A stretch of 40,131 nt of DNA from a virus. The DNA is taken from UHGV virus genome UHGV-1363679, one strand, 5' to 3'. Position numbers and translations under genes: made by a program. The notes beneath the pieces were generated by a model. That model ran no database searches. It saw nothing but the letters and a program-made list of their open reading frames with translations, and had not been told where the DNA came from. Below, piece by piece: positions 16,543 to 25,918 of this stretch; position 1 is the first letter of the stretch; each line of letters opens with the position of its first letter.

Positions 16543-17187
16543 ATGGAATGGTGGCAATTATGGATTCCTTTTGGTGGAACTATAGCGGGAATTTTTGCAA
16601 ATGTATATATTAATTATAGACAGACAAAGAAAAATGAAGAACTTCAAAAAGAAATAACTCAAAAACAAATTGACGCTAATTTAAAAGCAAAGGCAAGAAT
16701 AGAATGGATTACCGAGGTACGAAACTTAGTTAGTAAATATTTATCTTATCTGTTCGATATTAAAATATTGGTTAGCAGAATGCAAGATATTGAAGAGGAA
16801 TTAAGTGGTTTAGAGAAGCAAACGATTCAAGAATCAACTTATATTGATAGACAAAGGGAGTTAAAAATAAAACAATTAAAAAAAGAAGATGAATTAATGA
16901 TTTGTATACAAGCATCCATTTTAACTGCAGAAAAAATATTACTTCATTTCAGCAAAAAAGACGAGCATAAGGCTATTGAGAAAGAATTATCAGATTCTGT
17001 AAATATTATAAAAGATATAGAGGCAAGAGAAGCGAGACCAGGTTTCTACGATATGTATTTGCCAAAAACTGATAAAACTTACGCTAGTAAAATGAGAGGT
17101 TTGATTGATAATTCAATTACTCGTATACGTAATATTTTTCGTGAATATCTAAAAACTGAATGGGATAGAGCAAAAAAGGGACAATAA
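16543..17187 (+). CDS. Membrane-anchored coiled-coil protein (214 aa) of unknown function, a moron inserted between ArpU and terS. Candidate defence / superinfection-exclusion / abortive-infection factor.
   Basis: One N-terminal TM helix (WWQLWIPFGGTIAGIFANVYINY), then ~190 aa charged helical sequence with heptad-like spacing. It has its own candidate promoter and its own intrinsic terminator. Appears more AT-rich than neighbouring genes (estimated by eye). Confidence 0.6.
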   Translation: MEWWQLWIPFGGTIAGIFANVYINYRQTKKNEELQKEITQKQIDANLKAKARIEWITEVRNLVSKYLSYLFDIKILVSRMQDIEEELSGLEKQTIQESTYIDRQRELKIKQLKKEDELMICIQASILTAEKILLHFSKKDEHKAIEKELSDSVNIIKDIEAREARPGFYDMYLPKTDKTYASKMRGLIDNSITRIRNIFREYLKTEWDRAKKGQ

Positions 17188-17196
17188 GAATTATAA

Positions 17197-17226
17197 TAGA
17201 TCACTTAGTGAGTGGTCTATTTTTAT
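17197..17226 (+). terminator. Rho-independent terminator after the moron gene (TAGATCACT-tagtg-AGTGGTCTA followed by TTTTTAT).
   Basis: 9-bp stem (one G·U), 5-nt loop and T-run, read from the sequence 10 nt after the stop. Confidence 0.6.
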
Positions 17227-17254
17227 ACATAAAATTACATAGGAGGTGAATAAC

Positions 17255-17728
17255 ATGATAAGGAATCCAAAACATCAGGTTTTTGCTGATGAATGGCTGA
17301 TTGATATGAATGGTACGAGAGCGTATAAAGTCGCATATCCAAACATAAAAAAAGACACCACAGCAAGAGTGAATGCAAGTAGACTGCTAACAGATGCTAA
17401 CGTGAAGCAATATATCGATGAACAGCTAGAAAAGATGCAGAACGAAAGAGTTGCAGATGCACAAGAAGTCCTAGAGTATCTCACTAGCACCATGCGTGGT
17501 GAAAAAATGAAGGGTGTTTATAATACCGAAACAACTAATGATGAAGGGGAAATATTTACGCATCAGAAAAGCTATGAATATACTCCTAGCACTGAGGAGA
17601 GGACTAAAGCAGCCGAATTACTTGGTAAACGTCATGCGCTGTTCACTGATAAACAGGAGATTTCAGCGACTGTAAGAACAGATAAACTTGATAGTATCTT
17701 ACAGCAATTAGGTGATGAAGATGACTGA
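17255..17728 (+). CDS. terS: Terminase small subunit (Terminase_2-like).
   Basis: ...FADEWLIDMNGTRAYKVAYPNIKKDTTARVNASRLLTDANVKQYIDEQL... fits the TerS N-terminal HTH pattern. ATG 17255 is 6 nt after AGGAGGTG. The ORF-track GTG 17246 lies inside the RBS. Confidence 0.7.
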   Translation: MIRNPKHQVFADEWLIDMNGTRAYKVAYPNIKKDTTARVNASRLLTDANVKQYIDEQLEKMQNERVADAQEVLEYLTSTMRGEKMKGVYNTETTNDEGEIFTHQKSYEYTPSTEERTKAAELLGKRHALFTDKQEISATVRTDKLDSILQQLGDEDD

Positions 17729-19109
17729 GTTGGTTTTGTCACCTAAGTATAAAAGATTTCTGAAATATGACACAGATGTTGAATTTCTCGAGGGGACCAC
17801 AGCAGCTGGGAAGACCACTGTAGGTGCTGTAAAATTTCTTTTTAAAGTTGCTGAATCAGATAGAAAACTGCACATCATTAGCGGTTTAGATTTAGGTACA
17901 ATCGAAAAAAATATTATACAATCCGAATTGGGAATTATAGATATATTTGGAGATCTGGTAACCTACCATTCTAAAGGGAATAAAGATCATAGTTTACCGC
18001 ATTTGAAATATAAAACATCTAAAGGTGAAAAAATAGTCTATGTTCTTGGTTATGACAATAAAGCTCGTTGGAAAAAGGTTCTTGGTGGCCAATATGGTTG
18101 TTTGTACATTGATGAAATAAATATCGCAGACATGGAATATGTACGAGAAATTTTTATGCGTGCCGATTATGTAATGGCTACTCTAAATCCAGATGATCCT
18201 GAATTACCAATTTATCACGAGTACATAAACCATTCTAGGCCATTACCTGAGTATGAAAATGATGCACCTAGAGAGATTAATGATCAGTTGAACCAGTCTC
18301 CCAAAGCAGGATGGGTTCACTGGTTTTTTGGTTTTTCTCATAATGATGGATTAACTGAAAAAAAGAAACAGAAAATAATATCTGCTGTACCGACAGGAAC
18401 TAAATTATATAAAAATAAAATTCTAGGTATTAGAGGTCGAGCGGAAGGCCTTGTGTTCTCTAATTTCGAATACAAAAATAACGTGATTACAGAACAAAAA
18501 GCGATGAGTAAGAACTATGTTCATTTTTCTTGTGGCGTAGATACATCTTATTCAGCGCAATCGAATGATACAATTTCGTTTATATTTCAAGGAATCACAG
18601 ATGTTGGAGAATTAGTGATACTCGAAGAAGAAGTTAAAAATAATAAAGACGAAAATATACCTTTTTCCCCAAGTGATGTAGCAGCTAATCTTATTCAATT
18701 TCTTGATAGGTGTAGAAAAAAGTGGGGCTTTTCTCGAATGGTCTATGTTGATAATGCCGATCAAGCTACTATTACAGAACTAAATAAGTTGAAACGACTT
18801 AAACCTAATGCATATACAATTGTTGGTTCTGATAAGCGTATGAAGATTATTGATCGTATTAATTTAATGTTAGGCTGGATTAATTCAGATGGAAAAGCCC
18901 CTATATACTTAGTCGTAGATACTTGTAATGTCCATATACATGAGTTAAACACATACGCTTATGATGGAGATCAGCCAGAAGACAAGAACGACCATACTAT
19001 AAACGCTAGTCAGTATGGGTTTTTACCGATAAGAGAAAAAATAGGATACGCATACAAGAAATCTGATACAAAGAAAAAAATTAAGCGTATCAAAGAATTA
19101 GGATTATAA
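17712..19109 (+). CDS. terL: Terminase large subunit (ATPase + nuclease).
   Basis: Walker A GTTAAGKTT. Length 465 aa. Overlaps the terS stop. Order terS-terL-portal. Confidence 0.9.
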   Translation: MMKMTELVLSPKYKRFLKYDTDVEFLEGTTAAGKTTVGAVKFLFKVAESDRKLHIISGLDLGTIEKNIIQSELGIIDIFGDLVTYHSKGNKDHSLPHLKYKTSKGEKIVYVLGYDNKARWKKVLGGQYGCLYIDEINIADMEYVREIFMRADYVMATLNPDDPELPIYHEYINHSRPLPEYENDAPREINDQLNQSPKAGWVHWFFGFSHNDGLTEKKKQKIISAVPTGTKLYKNKILGIRGRAEGLVFSNFEYKNNVITEQKAMSKNYVHFSCGVDTSYSAQSNDTISFIFQGITDVGELVILEEEVKNNKDENIPFSPSDVAANLIQFLDRCRKKWGFSRMVYVDNADQATITELNKLKRLKPNAYTIVGSDKRMKIIDRINLMLGWINSDGKAPIYLVVDTCNVHIHELNTYAYDGDQPEDKNDHTINASQYGFLPIREKIGYAYKKSDTKKKIKRIKELGL

Positions 19110-19122
19110 AGGAGGAGAAGCA

Positions 19123-20661
19123 ATGGAAAATGAAGAAGGCCTAAAAGTTAATGAATTTGAACATGGATCGGACATCAGCTATTCAAGTGATGTGAATGAA
19201 AATTTTGTTAGCTTTGGCGTAGAATCCAATATTCATTATAGATATAGTTCTGCGGATGAATTGTTGGAGAATGCTGATGTTTTAGCAAAAATGATTGCGC
19301 ACCATAATGAACACCAGGTTCCACGTCTACAGGTTTTGGATGATTATTATAAAGCGAAGAATACAAACATCATCAAAAATCGTCGCCGTAAGGAAAAAGA
19401 AAAAGCAGACCATAGAGCTGCTCATAATTTTGGAAAAGTTCTTGCAACGTTTGATGTTGGATACAATACAGGCAATCCATTAAAAGTCCAAATTAATAAT
19501 AAAGCTAGTCAAGAGGCCATTGATAATTTCAATCAAGATAATGACATTGATGGATTGAATGGAGAATTGTGGTTAGATATGGATAAATACGGTCGAGCTT
19601 ATGAAATCATATATCGAGATGAAGATGACGTTGATTATGTTGATCTATGCAATGTTTTTGAAACGTTTGTTGTTTATGATACAACGGTCAAGCGTAGACC
19701 AATACTTGCTGTTCGTTATCCTAAAACTAAATTTACTATAGATGCAGACAAACAGTATATTCAACCGATAATTTACACAAAAGACAAAATCATTACTTAC
19801 GCTGAAACGACTCTTGCTACGATTAAACTAAGTGATCCAAAAGAGGATTCTCATGATTACAAAGAAGTTCAGATAACTGAGTTCTCTCCTAATCGTTTTA
19901 GAATGGGATTGTATGAAGATATTTTATCTCAAATCGATTTGTATGATGCTGGACAGTCTGACACTGCTAATTACATGACGGATTTAAACGATGCGCTGTT
20001 AGTGATTAGTGGGGACATCGAAGCAGTGGGTCTATCAACCGAAGATGCTATTAAGCAAAAAGAAGCGAACATGCTTTTGCTTGAATCTGGCACAGATATC
20101 AACGGTAACAAGACCTCAGTGAATGCTAACTACATCTATAAACAATACGATGTAAACGGCGTTGAAGCTTACAAAGAACGAGTGAGGAAAGGGATACATG
20201 AAATATCTATGATTCCAGATTTAACAGATACAAATTTTTCTGGTGTTCAATCAGGAGAAGCAATGAAGTATAAAATGTTTGGTTTCAATCAAATGACGGC
20301 AGTAAAGCAAAGACTATTTAAAAAAAGTCTTGTGCGGCGCTATCGTCTTTTATTTAATCTGAAATCAAGTGTTTCTGAGATTGATAACTCCGATTTAAAA
20401 GGATTGCGAATTATCTTTACTCCTAATCTTCCGAAAGCAATTCTAGAAGAATTAAAAACATTGATTGACTCTGGAGCTGAGTTAAGCCAAGAAACAATTT
20501 TAGGTCTAGCTTCGTTTGTTGATGATGTTCAAGCTGAATTAGAACGTGTAAAAAATGAAAATAAACCATTAGATATTACTGATGAAGAAGTAGCCAAAAC
20601 GAAAGTAAATCAGGCAAAATTTTTAGCTAAACAATCGGAAAAGGAAACCGAGGAGGAATGA
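19123..20661 (+). CDS. Portal protein.
   Basis: 512 aa immediately after TerL. RBS AGGAGGAG. Acidic C-terminus. Confidence 0.8.
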   Translation: MENEEGLKVNEFEHGSDISYSSDVNENFVSFGVESNIHYRYSSADELLENADVLAKMIAHHNEHQVPRLQVLDDYYKAKNTNIIKNRRRKEKEKADHRAAHNFGKVLATFDVGYNTGNPLKVQINNKASQEAIDNFNQDNDIDGLNGELWLDMDKYGRAYEIIYRDEDDVDYVDLCNVFETFVVYDTTVKRRPILAVRYPKTKFTIDADKQYIQPIIYTKDKIITYAETTLATIKLSDPKEDSHDYKEVQITEFSPNRFRMGLYEDILSQIDLYDAGQSDTANYMTDLNDALLVISGDIEAVGLSTEDAIKQKEANMLLLESGTDINGNKTSVNANYIYKQYDVNGVEAYKERVRKGIHEISMIPDLTDTNFSGVQSGEAMKYKMFGFNQMTAVKQRLFKKSLVRRYRLLFNLKSSVSEIDNSDLKGLRIIFTPNLPKAILEELKTLIDSGAELSQETILGLASFVDDVQAELERVKNENKPLDITDEEVAKTKVNQAKFLAKQSEKETEEE

Positions 20662-20665
20662 TTGA

Positions 20666-21604
20666 ATGTCCTACTTGAAAAATCGTGAAGAATCTTGGAT
20701 CAAAGAACAGATGAAGCTAGATCGCAATAGAGAAAAAGAAATTGTTCAACAGCTTCAAAATGCTATTGATGCGATTCAAACCGAAATTGAAGCTAACTGG
20801 GATAGATTTTCCAATGGTCAAAAGATTACGATTAGCGAAGCAAGAAAAATGGCTAATAAGATGGACGTAAAACGCTTCGAAAGAAAAGCGAAGGAATATG
20901 TGAAAAATAAAGACTTTAGTCCACAGGCCAATAAAGAATTGAAAATCTATAACTTAGTAATGCGAGTGTCTAGATTAGAGCTATTAAAGTCTCGGATTGG
21001 CTTAGAACTAATCACGTTGTTTGATGAGCTTGACAAGTGGGGATATTCTCAGTTATCTGAAGCAGCAAAAGATGAGTATTTAAGACAGGCGGGAATATTA
21101 GGCGAAACCGTTAAAGAAAATTATTCGTCTAAGGTTAGAAAAATTGTTAATGCATCATTCAAATCAAGTGACTTCCCTTCGTTTAGTGATAACATTTGGC
21201 AAAATTTTGTTGAAATGAAAGCTGATTTAGAAAAAACAATCACTCAGGCAATCACTCAAGGTAAAAATCCAAGAGCCGTCGCAAAAGAGATGGCTAAATT
21301 TTTAAAGCCCAACCAACTAAATATAAGATACAAGCTAAACAGGTTGATGATGACTGAAATATCTGGTATTCAAACAGATATTCAAAAGCAAAGTTACTTA
21401 GATGCAGATATCGAAGAATATGATTACATTGCAGAACCATTTGCCTGTGAAATATGTAAAAGAGTAGCTAAGGGTAGTCCTTATAAAGTATTAAAGATGA
21501 AAAAAGGCATTAATGCTCCATACATGCATCCCCATTGCAAATGCTCTACTGTCCCTAAAGTTAGTGAAGATTATGAAAAGTCGCTGAAAGAAAGAGGTTT
21601 GTAA
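20666..21604 (+). CDS. Head morphogenesis / minor capsid protein (Phage Mu F-like, SPP1 gp7-like).
   Basis: Position after portal. C-terminal Cys cluster CEICKRV...HPHCKCS is common in this family. Confidence 0.7.
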   Translation: MSYLKNREESWIKEQMKLDRNREKEIVQQLQNAIDAIQTEIEANWDRFSNGQKITISEARKMANKMDVKRFERKAKEYVKNKDFSPQANKELKIYNLVMRVSRLELLKSRIGLELITLFDELDKWGYSQLSEAAKDEYLRQAGILGETVKENYSSKVRKIVNASFKSSDFPSFSDNIWQNFVEMKADLEKTITQAITQGKNPRAVAKEMAKFLKPNQLNIRYKLNRLMMTEISGIQTDIQKQSYLDADIEEYDYIAEPFACEICKRVAKGSPYKVLKMKKGINAPYMHPHCKCSTVPKVSEDYEKSLKERGL

Positions 21605-21874
21605 ATGGATAATCTATATAAATGTAATCAATGCAATAAATACACTCCGTTAGTTAGAAAATCTGAAAATATCACGAAGGATATTGAACACCATTATGCT
21701 GAATGTGCCAATTGTGGGTATAAAGCGACAATAATGTATATGAATACCGAAATTAAGCTATTAATGCATGAACAAAGAAAAACAAACTTTGGCACAAAAA
21801 AGAAAGGTAAATTGACAGAAAAGCTAAACAGACTAATTTCTAAATTAAGAAAAGAAGTCGAGGGATCAAGTTGA
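21605..21874 (+). CDS. Small zinc-ribbon protein (CNQCNKYTP...ECANCGY).
   Basis: Four-Cys motif. ATG overlaps the previous stop. Confidence 0.45.
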   Translation: MDNLYKCNQCNKYTPLVRKSENITKDIEHHYAECANCGYKATIMYMNTEIKLLMHEQRKTNFGTKKKGKLTEKLNRLISKLRKEVEGSS

Positions 21875-22092
21875 AAAGTTATTCTTTAGTTTATTGGTCA
21901 GGTGTTGACGATGAAACTGGCGCGTTTAAGCAAATAGATTGTCTCATTAATGATGAAACAGTTCAGAAATTGCTTGAAGGTAAACCTAAATTTATCTCAA
22001 TTATTATTGATGATGGTGAACAAATGTTAATTCAAACGGATAATATCAATCAGATAAAACAAGTTTATGAAAAATACGGCAGAAAGGAGTGA
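21871..22092 (+). CDS. Hypothetical protein (73 aa).
   Basis: ORF-track. Overlapping start. Confidence 0.4.
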   Translation: MKSYSLVYWSGVDDETGAFKQIDCLINDETVQKLLEGKPKFISIIIDDGEQMLIQTDNINQIKQVYEKYGRKE

Positions 22093-22286
22093 TTCTATGA
22101 ATGACGATCCTTACGATTACTTAGATGCTGATTATGAAGAATATTTAAAGAGAGAAGAGTCTAACAAACGTTAGGCTTTTTATATTGCCTTCTTACTGCT
22201 TACAGGCACTAAAGAGAAAGCTGTTTCGATTGATAGGCGTAACTTATCAAATATATCGGGTAGCGGCGTAACCGTGGAGGATAATC

Positions 22287-22886
22287 ATGAAAACAAAAAA
22301 ACTATTATTGCCAATGCATTTACAATTCTTTGCTGATAATCCAGATACTGGCACTGGAGGTACGGACCAACCGGCCGGAGGTCAAGAGCAAACACCGCCA
22401 GGAGACAGCGGCAAAGATAAAGGTAATGAAAAAACGTTTTCTCGTGGTGAAGTAGCAAAAATGATCGCTGCTGAAGTATCAAAAACAAAAGAAGCTTGGG
22501 AAAAAGAGCAACAAGAAAAACAAGCAGAAGCAGAAAAACTGGCAAAAATGAATGCTCAGGAAAAAGCTGAACATGAAAAGAAACAGCTAGAAGCAAAAAT
22601 TGCGGAATTGGAACGTAGTCAAGCATTAGTTTCCATGTCAAAGGAAGCTTCTAAAATGCTTTCAGAGGCTAGTTTGCCGCATGACGATGATTTGCTAGGA
22701 TTGATTGTTTCAGATGATGCGGAAGCTACAAAAAAAGCTGTCGCTATTGTTACGAACTATGTATCAATGATTAAGAAAGAAAATGCTCGCCAAAAAACAC
22801 CAGGTGAGGGTGGACAATTTTCAACTGATAAAAAAGAAACCGAATCAGTTGCAGCTCTTGCAGCAAGTAAACGAATTGTAAAATAG
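22287..22886 (+). CDS. Scaffolding protein.
   Basis: N-terminal MKTKKLLLPMHLQFFADNPDTG (LQFFA motif of lactic-phage scaffolds). Charged helical remainder. Immediately upstream of MCP. Confidence 0.8.
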   Translation: MKTKKLLLPMHLQFFADNPDTGTGGTDQPAGGQEQTPPGDSGKDKGNEKTFSRGEVAKMIAAEVSKTKEAWEKEQQEKQAEAEKLAKMNAQEKAEHEKKQLEAKIAELERSQALVSMSKEASKMLSEASLPHDDDLLGLIVSDDAEATKKAVAIVTNYVSMIKKENARQKTPGEGGQFSTDKKETESVAALAASKRIVK

Positions 22887-22898
22887 GAGGAAATATAA

Positions 22899-23831
22899 AT
22901 GAAGAAAAAACAATTAATGAAAATGGATATTCAAATGTTTGCTCAAACATGGAATCCAGACAACGTCACTGTATTAGAGAAAAAAGATGGAACAATTCCA
23001 GATAAGTACAACACGTTAATTTTAAAAGATGTGATGGAAAATTCTAAGTTAATGCAGTTGGCTAAATATGAAGAAATGGACGGCAAAGAAAAGAAATTCG
23101 AATACTTTGCAGAAGGTCCTGGGGCGTACTGGGTTGGTGAAGGCGAAAAGATTAAAACGTCTAAACCTAAATGGTTAAACGTAACGATGACTGCGAAAAA
23201 AATTGGTGTTATTATCCCAGTTTCTCGGGAATATTTAACTTATAAGATGTCTGATTTCTTTACTCAAATGCAACCAAAAATCGCAGAAGCATTTTATAAG
23301 AAAATTGATGCGGCTACTATCCTTGATAAAGAAAATCCATTCTCTCAATCTATTGAAAAATCTGTCATTGCAGCTAGTAATGTAATTGAGGGCGACTTGA
23401 CATATGACAATATTTTAGCATTAGAGGATTTGCTTGGAGAAGGTGAATACGATCCGAATGCTTTCATTTCTAATCGTAAGAATCGTACAGTGTTACGTGA
23501 AGCAAGTAAAAAAATTGGTGACACAACTCAATTTATTTATGATCGTGTCAGCAATACTATTGATGGACTACCTGTAGCAGATCTAAAATCTATGGATAAG
23601 GGAAACCTTTATACTGGTGATTTTGATTACTTGCGCTATGGTATCCCATTTAACATTAATTTCAAAATTTCAGAAGAAGCTCAATTATCTACTTTAACGA
23701 ATGAAGACGGTACGCCTGTCAACTTGTACGAACAAGAATTGGTTGCTTTACGAGCTACAATGGATATTGGTTTCATGGTCATCAAAGATGAAGCATTTGC
23801 TAAGATTCAACCAAAAGCTGCGGGGGAGTAA
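22899..23831 (+). CDS. Major capsid protein (0-frame product). A longer variant is predicted by a -1 frameshift at 23822..23828.
   Basis: Size, position after scaffold, and a Q-M-F-A N-terminal motif paralleling the scaffold N-terminus. Confidence 0.75.
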   Translation: MKKKQLMKMDIQMFAQTWNPDNVTVLEKKDGTIPDKYNTLILKDVMENSKLMQLAKYEEMDGKEKKFEYFAEGPGAYWVGEGEKIKTSKPKWLNVTMTAKKIGVIIPVSREYLTYKMSDFFTQMQPKIAEAFYKKIDAATILDKENPFSQSIEKSVIAASNVIEGDLTYDNILALEDLLGEGEYDPNAFISNRKNRTVLREASKKIGDTTQFIYDRVSNTIDGLPVADLKSMDKGNLYTGDFDYLRYGIPFNINFKISEEAQLSTLTNEDGTPVNLYEQELVALRATMDIGFMVIKDEAFAKIQPKAAGE

Positions 23832-23893
23832 CTAGCCCTGTTGTCGGAAAAGTAACACCGACAACAAATGGGGCGACAATCGAACTAACTTAG
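23822..23893 (+). other. Putative -1 programmed frameshift cassette at the MCP 3' end. It comprises the G-run slip site GGGGGAG (23822..23828), a 0-frame TAA (23829..23831), a 9-bp-stem hairpin (23839..23866) and a -1 frame encoding GVTSPVVGKVTPTTNGATIELT* (to 23893).
   Basis: Manual translation of the -1 frame. Hairpin TGTTGTCGG/CCGACAACA. The extension is homologous to the one at the major tail gene. Confidence 0.5.
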
Positions 23894-23904
23894 GTGGTGT
23901 TTTG

Positions 23905-24237
23905 ATGTCAGAGATAGCAAATGATGTAAAAAAATTATTAAATGGCAGTCTTGATGAAAAATTAGAAATCATTGAAAGACGTACAAAAGATCGGCTTCAA
24001 AATATATTGAATGTCACTGAGTTACCAAAAAGTTTTGATTCAGTTGTATATGAAGTCACTTTAAAACGATTTAATCGTATTGGCCAAGAAGGAATGCAAT
24101 CTTATTCTCAAGAAGGTTTATCTATGGCATTTCCAGACTCTGATTTTTCTGAATATCAAGATGAGATTGAAGAGTATAAGAATAAGGAAATAGAAGAACT
24201 TTATAAGCCTAAACGTGGGAGGTTTACATTTTCATGA
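23905..24237 (+). CDS. Head-tail connector protein (gp6-like).
   Basis: Small protein right after MCP. ATG 23905 after GGTGGTG. Confidence 0.55.
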   Translation: MSEIANDVKKLLNGSLDEKLEIIERRTKDRLQNILNVTELPKSFDSVVYEVTLKRFNRIGQEGMQSYSQEGLSMAFPDSDFSEYQDEIEEYKNKEIEELYKPKRGRFTFS

Positions 24238-24569
24238 GATATTTAGATGAAATTACCTTTGTAAAAAAATCTTCAGAATCGCATTATGATCCAAATTCAG
24301 GTGAATGGATTGAAGAAGAACCGTTTAGAAAAACTGCTGATGTCAATGTAACTGATATTGGTACAGATCGTTCTATTACTATTTTCGGAAGCATTAAAGA
24401 AGGGGCTAAGGTCATTAGGACACAGCCCCTTTTCGTTATTCCAGAATTTGATTACATTGAGTTTGAGGGTAAAACTTGGGAAGTTATTACAAGTAGAGTT
24501 CCTGCATTAAGAAATAGCTTGATTATTCAGGAAGTGACTATTGATGGCAAGAAGTCAAGTAAGAATTAA
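24234..24569 (+). CDS. Head closure / head-tail joining protein.
   Basis: Size and position. ATGA overlap. Confidence 0.5.
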   Translation: MRYLDEITFVKKSSESHYDPNSGEWIEEEPFRKTADVNVTDIGTDRSITIFGSIKEGAKVIRTQPLFVIPEFDYIEFEGKTWEVITSRVPALRNSLIIQEVTIDGKKSSKN

Positions 24570-24924
24570 TGGATTAGCTGGAATTTCTAAAAAACTAAAG
24601 AGAAATGCTCAACTTGATGATGTGAAAAAAGTTGTTAGAAATAACACAGCAGAATTAACCGCCAATATGCAAGCTGAAGCCGGAAAAGTGTTAACTGGAC
24701 ACTGGGAAGGTAAAAAGTTTGTTAAACCTACTGGGGCAACAAAAAGAAGTATCGTTATGAGGCTTTCGAACAATGGTTTTTCTGGGCATACAGGACCAGG
24801 AACGGAATACGCACCGTATTTAATAAACGGTACGAGATTTATGGTGAAACGTGATTTCTTTTTACCACCGCTGAAACAACAAAAAGTGAAATTTAGAACG
24901 GACTTGGAAAGGTTGATGAAATGA
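24544..24924 (+). CDS. HK97 gp10-family tail-completion protein.
   Basis: Position. Overlapping start. Confidence 0.5.
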   Translation: MARSQVRINGLAGISKKLKRNAQLDDVKKVVRNNTAELTANMQAEAGKVLTGHWEGKKFVKPTGATKRSIVMRLSNNGFSGHTGPGTEYAPYLINGTRFMVKRDFFLPPLKQQKVKFRTDLERLMK

Positions 24925-25310
24925 TTAAAACAAGAGATCAATCAATCTTCGATGAAGTGTATAAGAAGTGTCAATCACTGGGTTATGAAACCTACGATTA
25001 TAAACCTATGAATGATGTAGGTTATCCATTTGTCGAATTAGAAGATACTCAGACACTGCACCAAGCCAACAAAACTGATATTAAAGGTTCGGTTACATTG
25101 AATCTATCTGTATGGGGATTGGCAAAAAAACGTAAACAAATATCGGATATGGCTTCAGCAATTTTTGCTGAGGCTCTATCTATTTCTGAAACGGAAGGTT
25201 ATTATTGGTCGCTAAATATCCAATCAAGCGGTATTCGGTTAGTAGATGACATTTCGACTAACACAACATTGAAGCGGGCAATGATATCTTTAGAATTCAA
25301 AATACTATAG
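24921..25310 (+). CDS. Tail terminator-like protein.
   Basis: Position immediately upstream of the major tail protein. Confidence 0.45.
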   Translation: MIKTRDQSIFDEVYKKCQSLGYETYDYKPMNDVGYPFVELEDTQTLHQANKTDIKGSVTLNLSVWGLAKKRKQISDMASAIFAEALSISETEGYYWSLNIQSSGIRLVDDISTNTTLKRAMISLEFKIL

Positions 25311-25325
25311 AGAGAAGGAATATAA

Positions 25326-25856
25326 ATGGCTAATGAAGCAAAAGTAGCGACTAAAGGTATTGATATTATTTTACTGCTCCGTGTGTTAAAAAAATCAAAA
25401 GAGGAAGCAGCATGGAAATTAGCTTTCCAGACAGAGCATGAAAATACAAAAACAAAAGATAGCGACTCCGTAGCAACTAAAGATGGTCCGATTCGTATCC
25501 CAGGATCATTGGAAATTGATTTTTCGGCAACATCTATTTTATCAGTCGCTGATCCGTATGTTGACCAGCTAGAAGAAGCTTTAGACAATGACGATATTAT
25601 TGAAATCTGGGAAATCAACAAAGCAGAAAAAGGTACAGGAGATAATGCTGACAAGTACAAGGCAACTTATTATCAAGGATATTTAACATCATTTGGTAAA
25701 TCACCTAATGCTGAAGACACTGTAGAAGTTTCATTAGAATTTGGTATCAATGGCAAAGGTGCAAAAGGATTTGCAACATTAACTGCTGATCAAGAAGAAG
25801 TAGTTCAATACATCTTCAAAGATACGACTATTGAAACAGATGATTCGGGAAAGTAG
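25326..25856 (+). CDS. Major tail protein (TP901-1-type; 0-frame product). A longer variant is predicted by a -1 frameshift at 25847..25853.
   Basis: 176 aa. ...KGIDIILLLRV...W..AFQTEH...TKDG..RIPGSLE... fits TP901-1-family MTPs. Position before the chaperone / TMP. Confidence 0.7.
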   Translation: MANEAKVATKGIDIILLLRVLKKSKEEAAWKLAFQTEHENTKTKDSDSVATKDGPIRIPGSLEIDFSATSILSVADPYVDQLEEALDNDDIIEIWEINKAEKGTGDNADKYKATYYQGYLTSFGKSPNAEDTVEVSLEFGINGKGAKGFATLTADQEEVVQYIFKDTTIETDDSGK

Positions 25857-25918
25857 ATAGCCCTGTTGTTGGAGGTGTAACTCCTACAGTCGATGGGGCA
25901 TCTATTGAATTAAGCTAA
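25847..25918 (+). other. Putative -1 programmed frameshift cassette at the major tail gene 3' end. It comprises the canonical heptamer G_GGA_AAG (25847..25853), a 0-frame TAG (25854..25856), an interrupted ~8-bp hairpin (25863..25889) and a -1 frame encoding VDSPVVGGVTPTVDGASIELS* (to 25918).
   Basis: X_XXY_YYZ heptamer in the correct register of the MTP frame. Manual -1 translation. Hairpin 9-12 nt downstream. Confidence 0.6.

Noticed and set aside
17246-17728. ORF-track GTG start of terS at 17246
   Set aside because: The GTG lies inside the AGGAGGTG Shine-Dalgarno. ATG 17255 with a 6-nt spacer is the plausible start.
22285-22641. 118-aa minus-strand ORF antisense to the scaffold gene (and similar antisense ORFs 8494..8766, 8937..9323, 10148..10561, 11337..11789, 11910..12221, 13911..14246, 27685..28008, 29590..29841)
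   Set aside because: They sit fully inside well-supported plus-strand genes. No RBS. Composition-driven open frames typical of AT-rich DNA.
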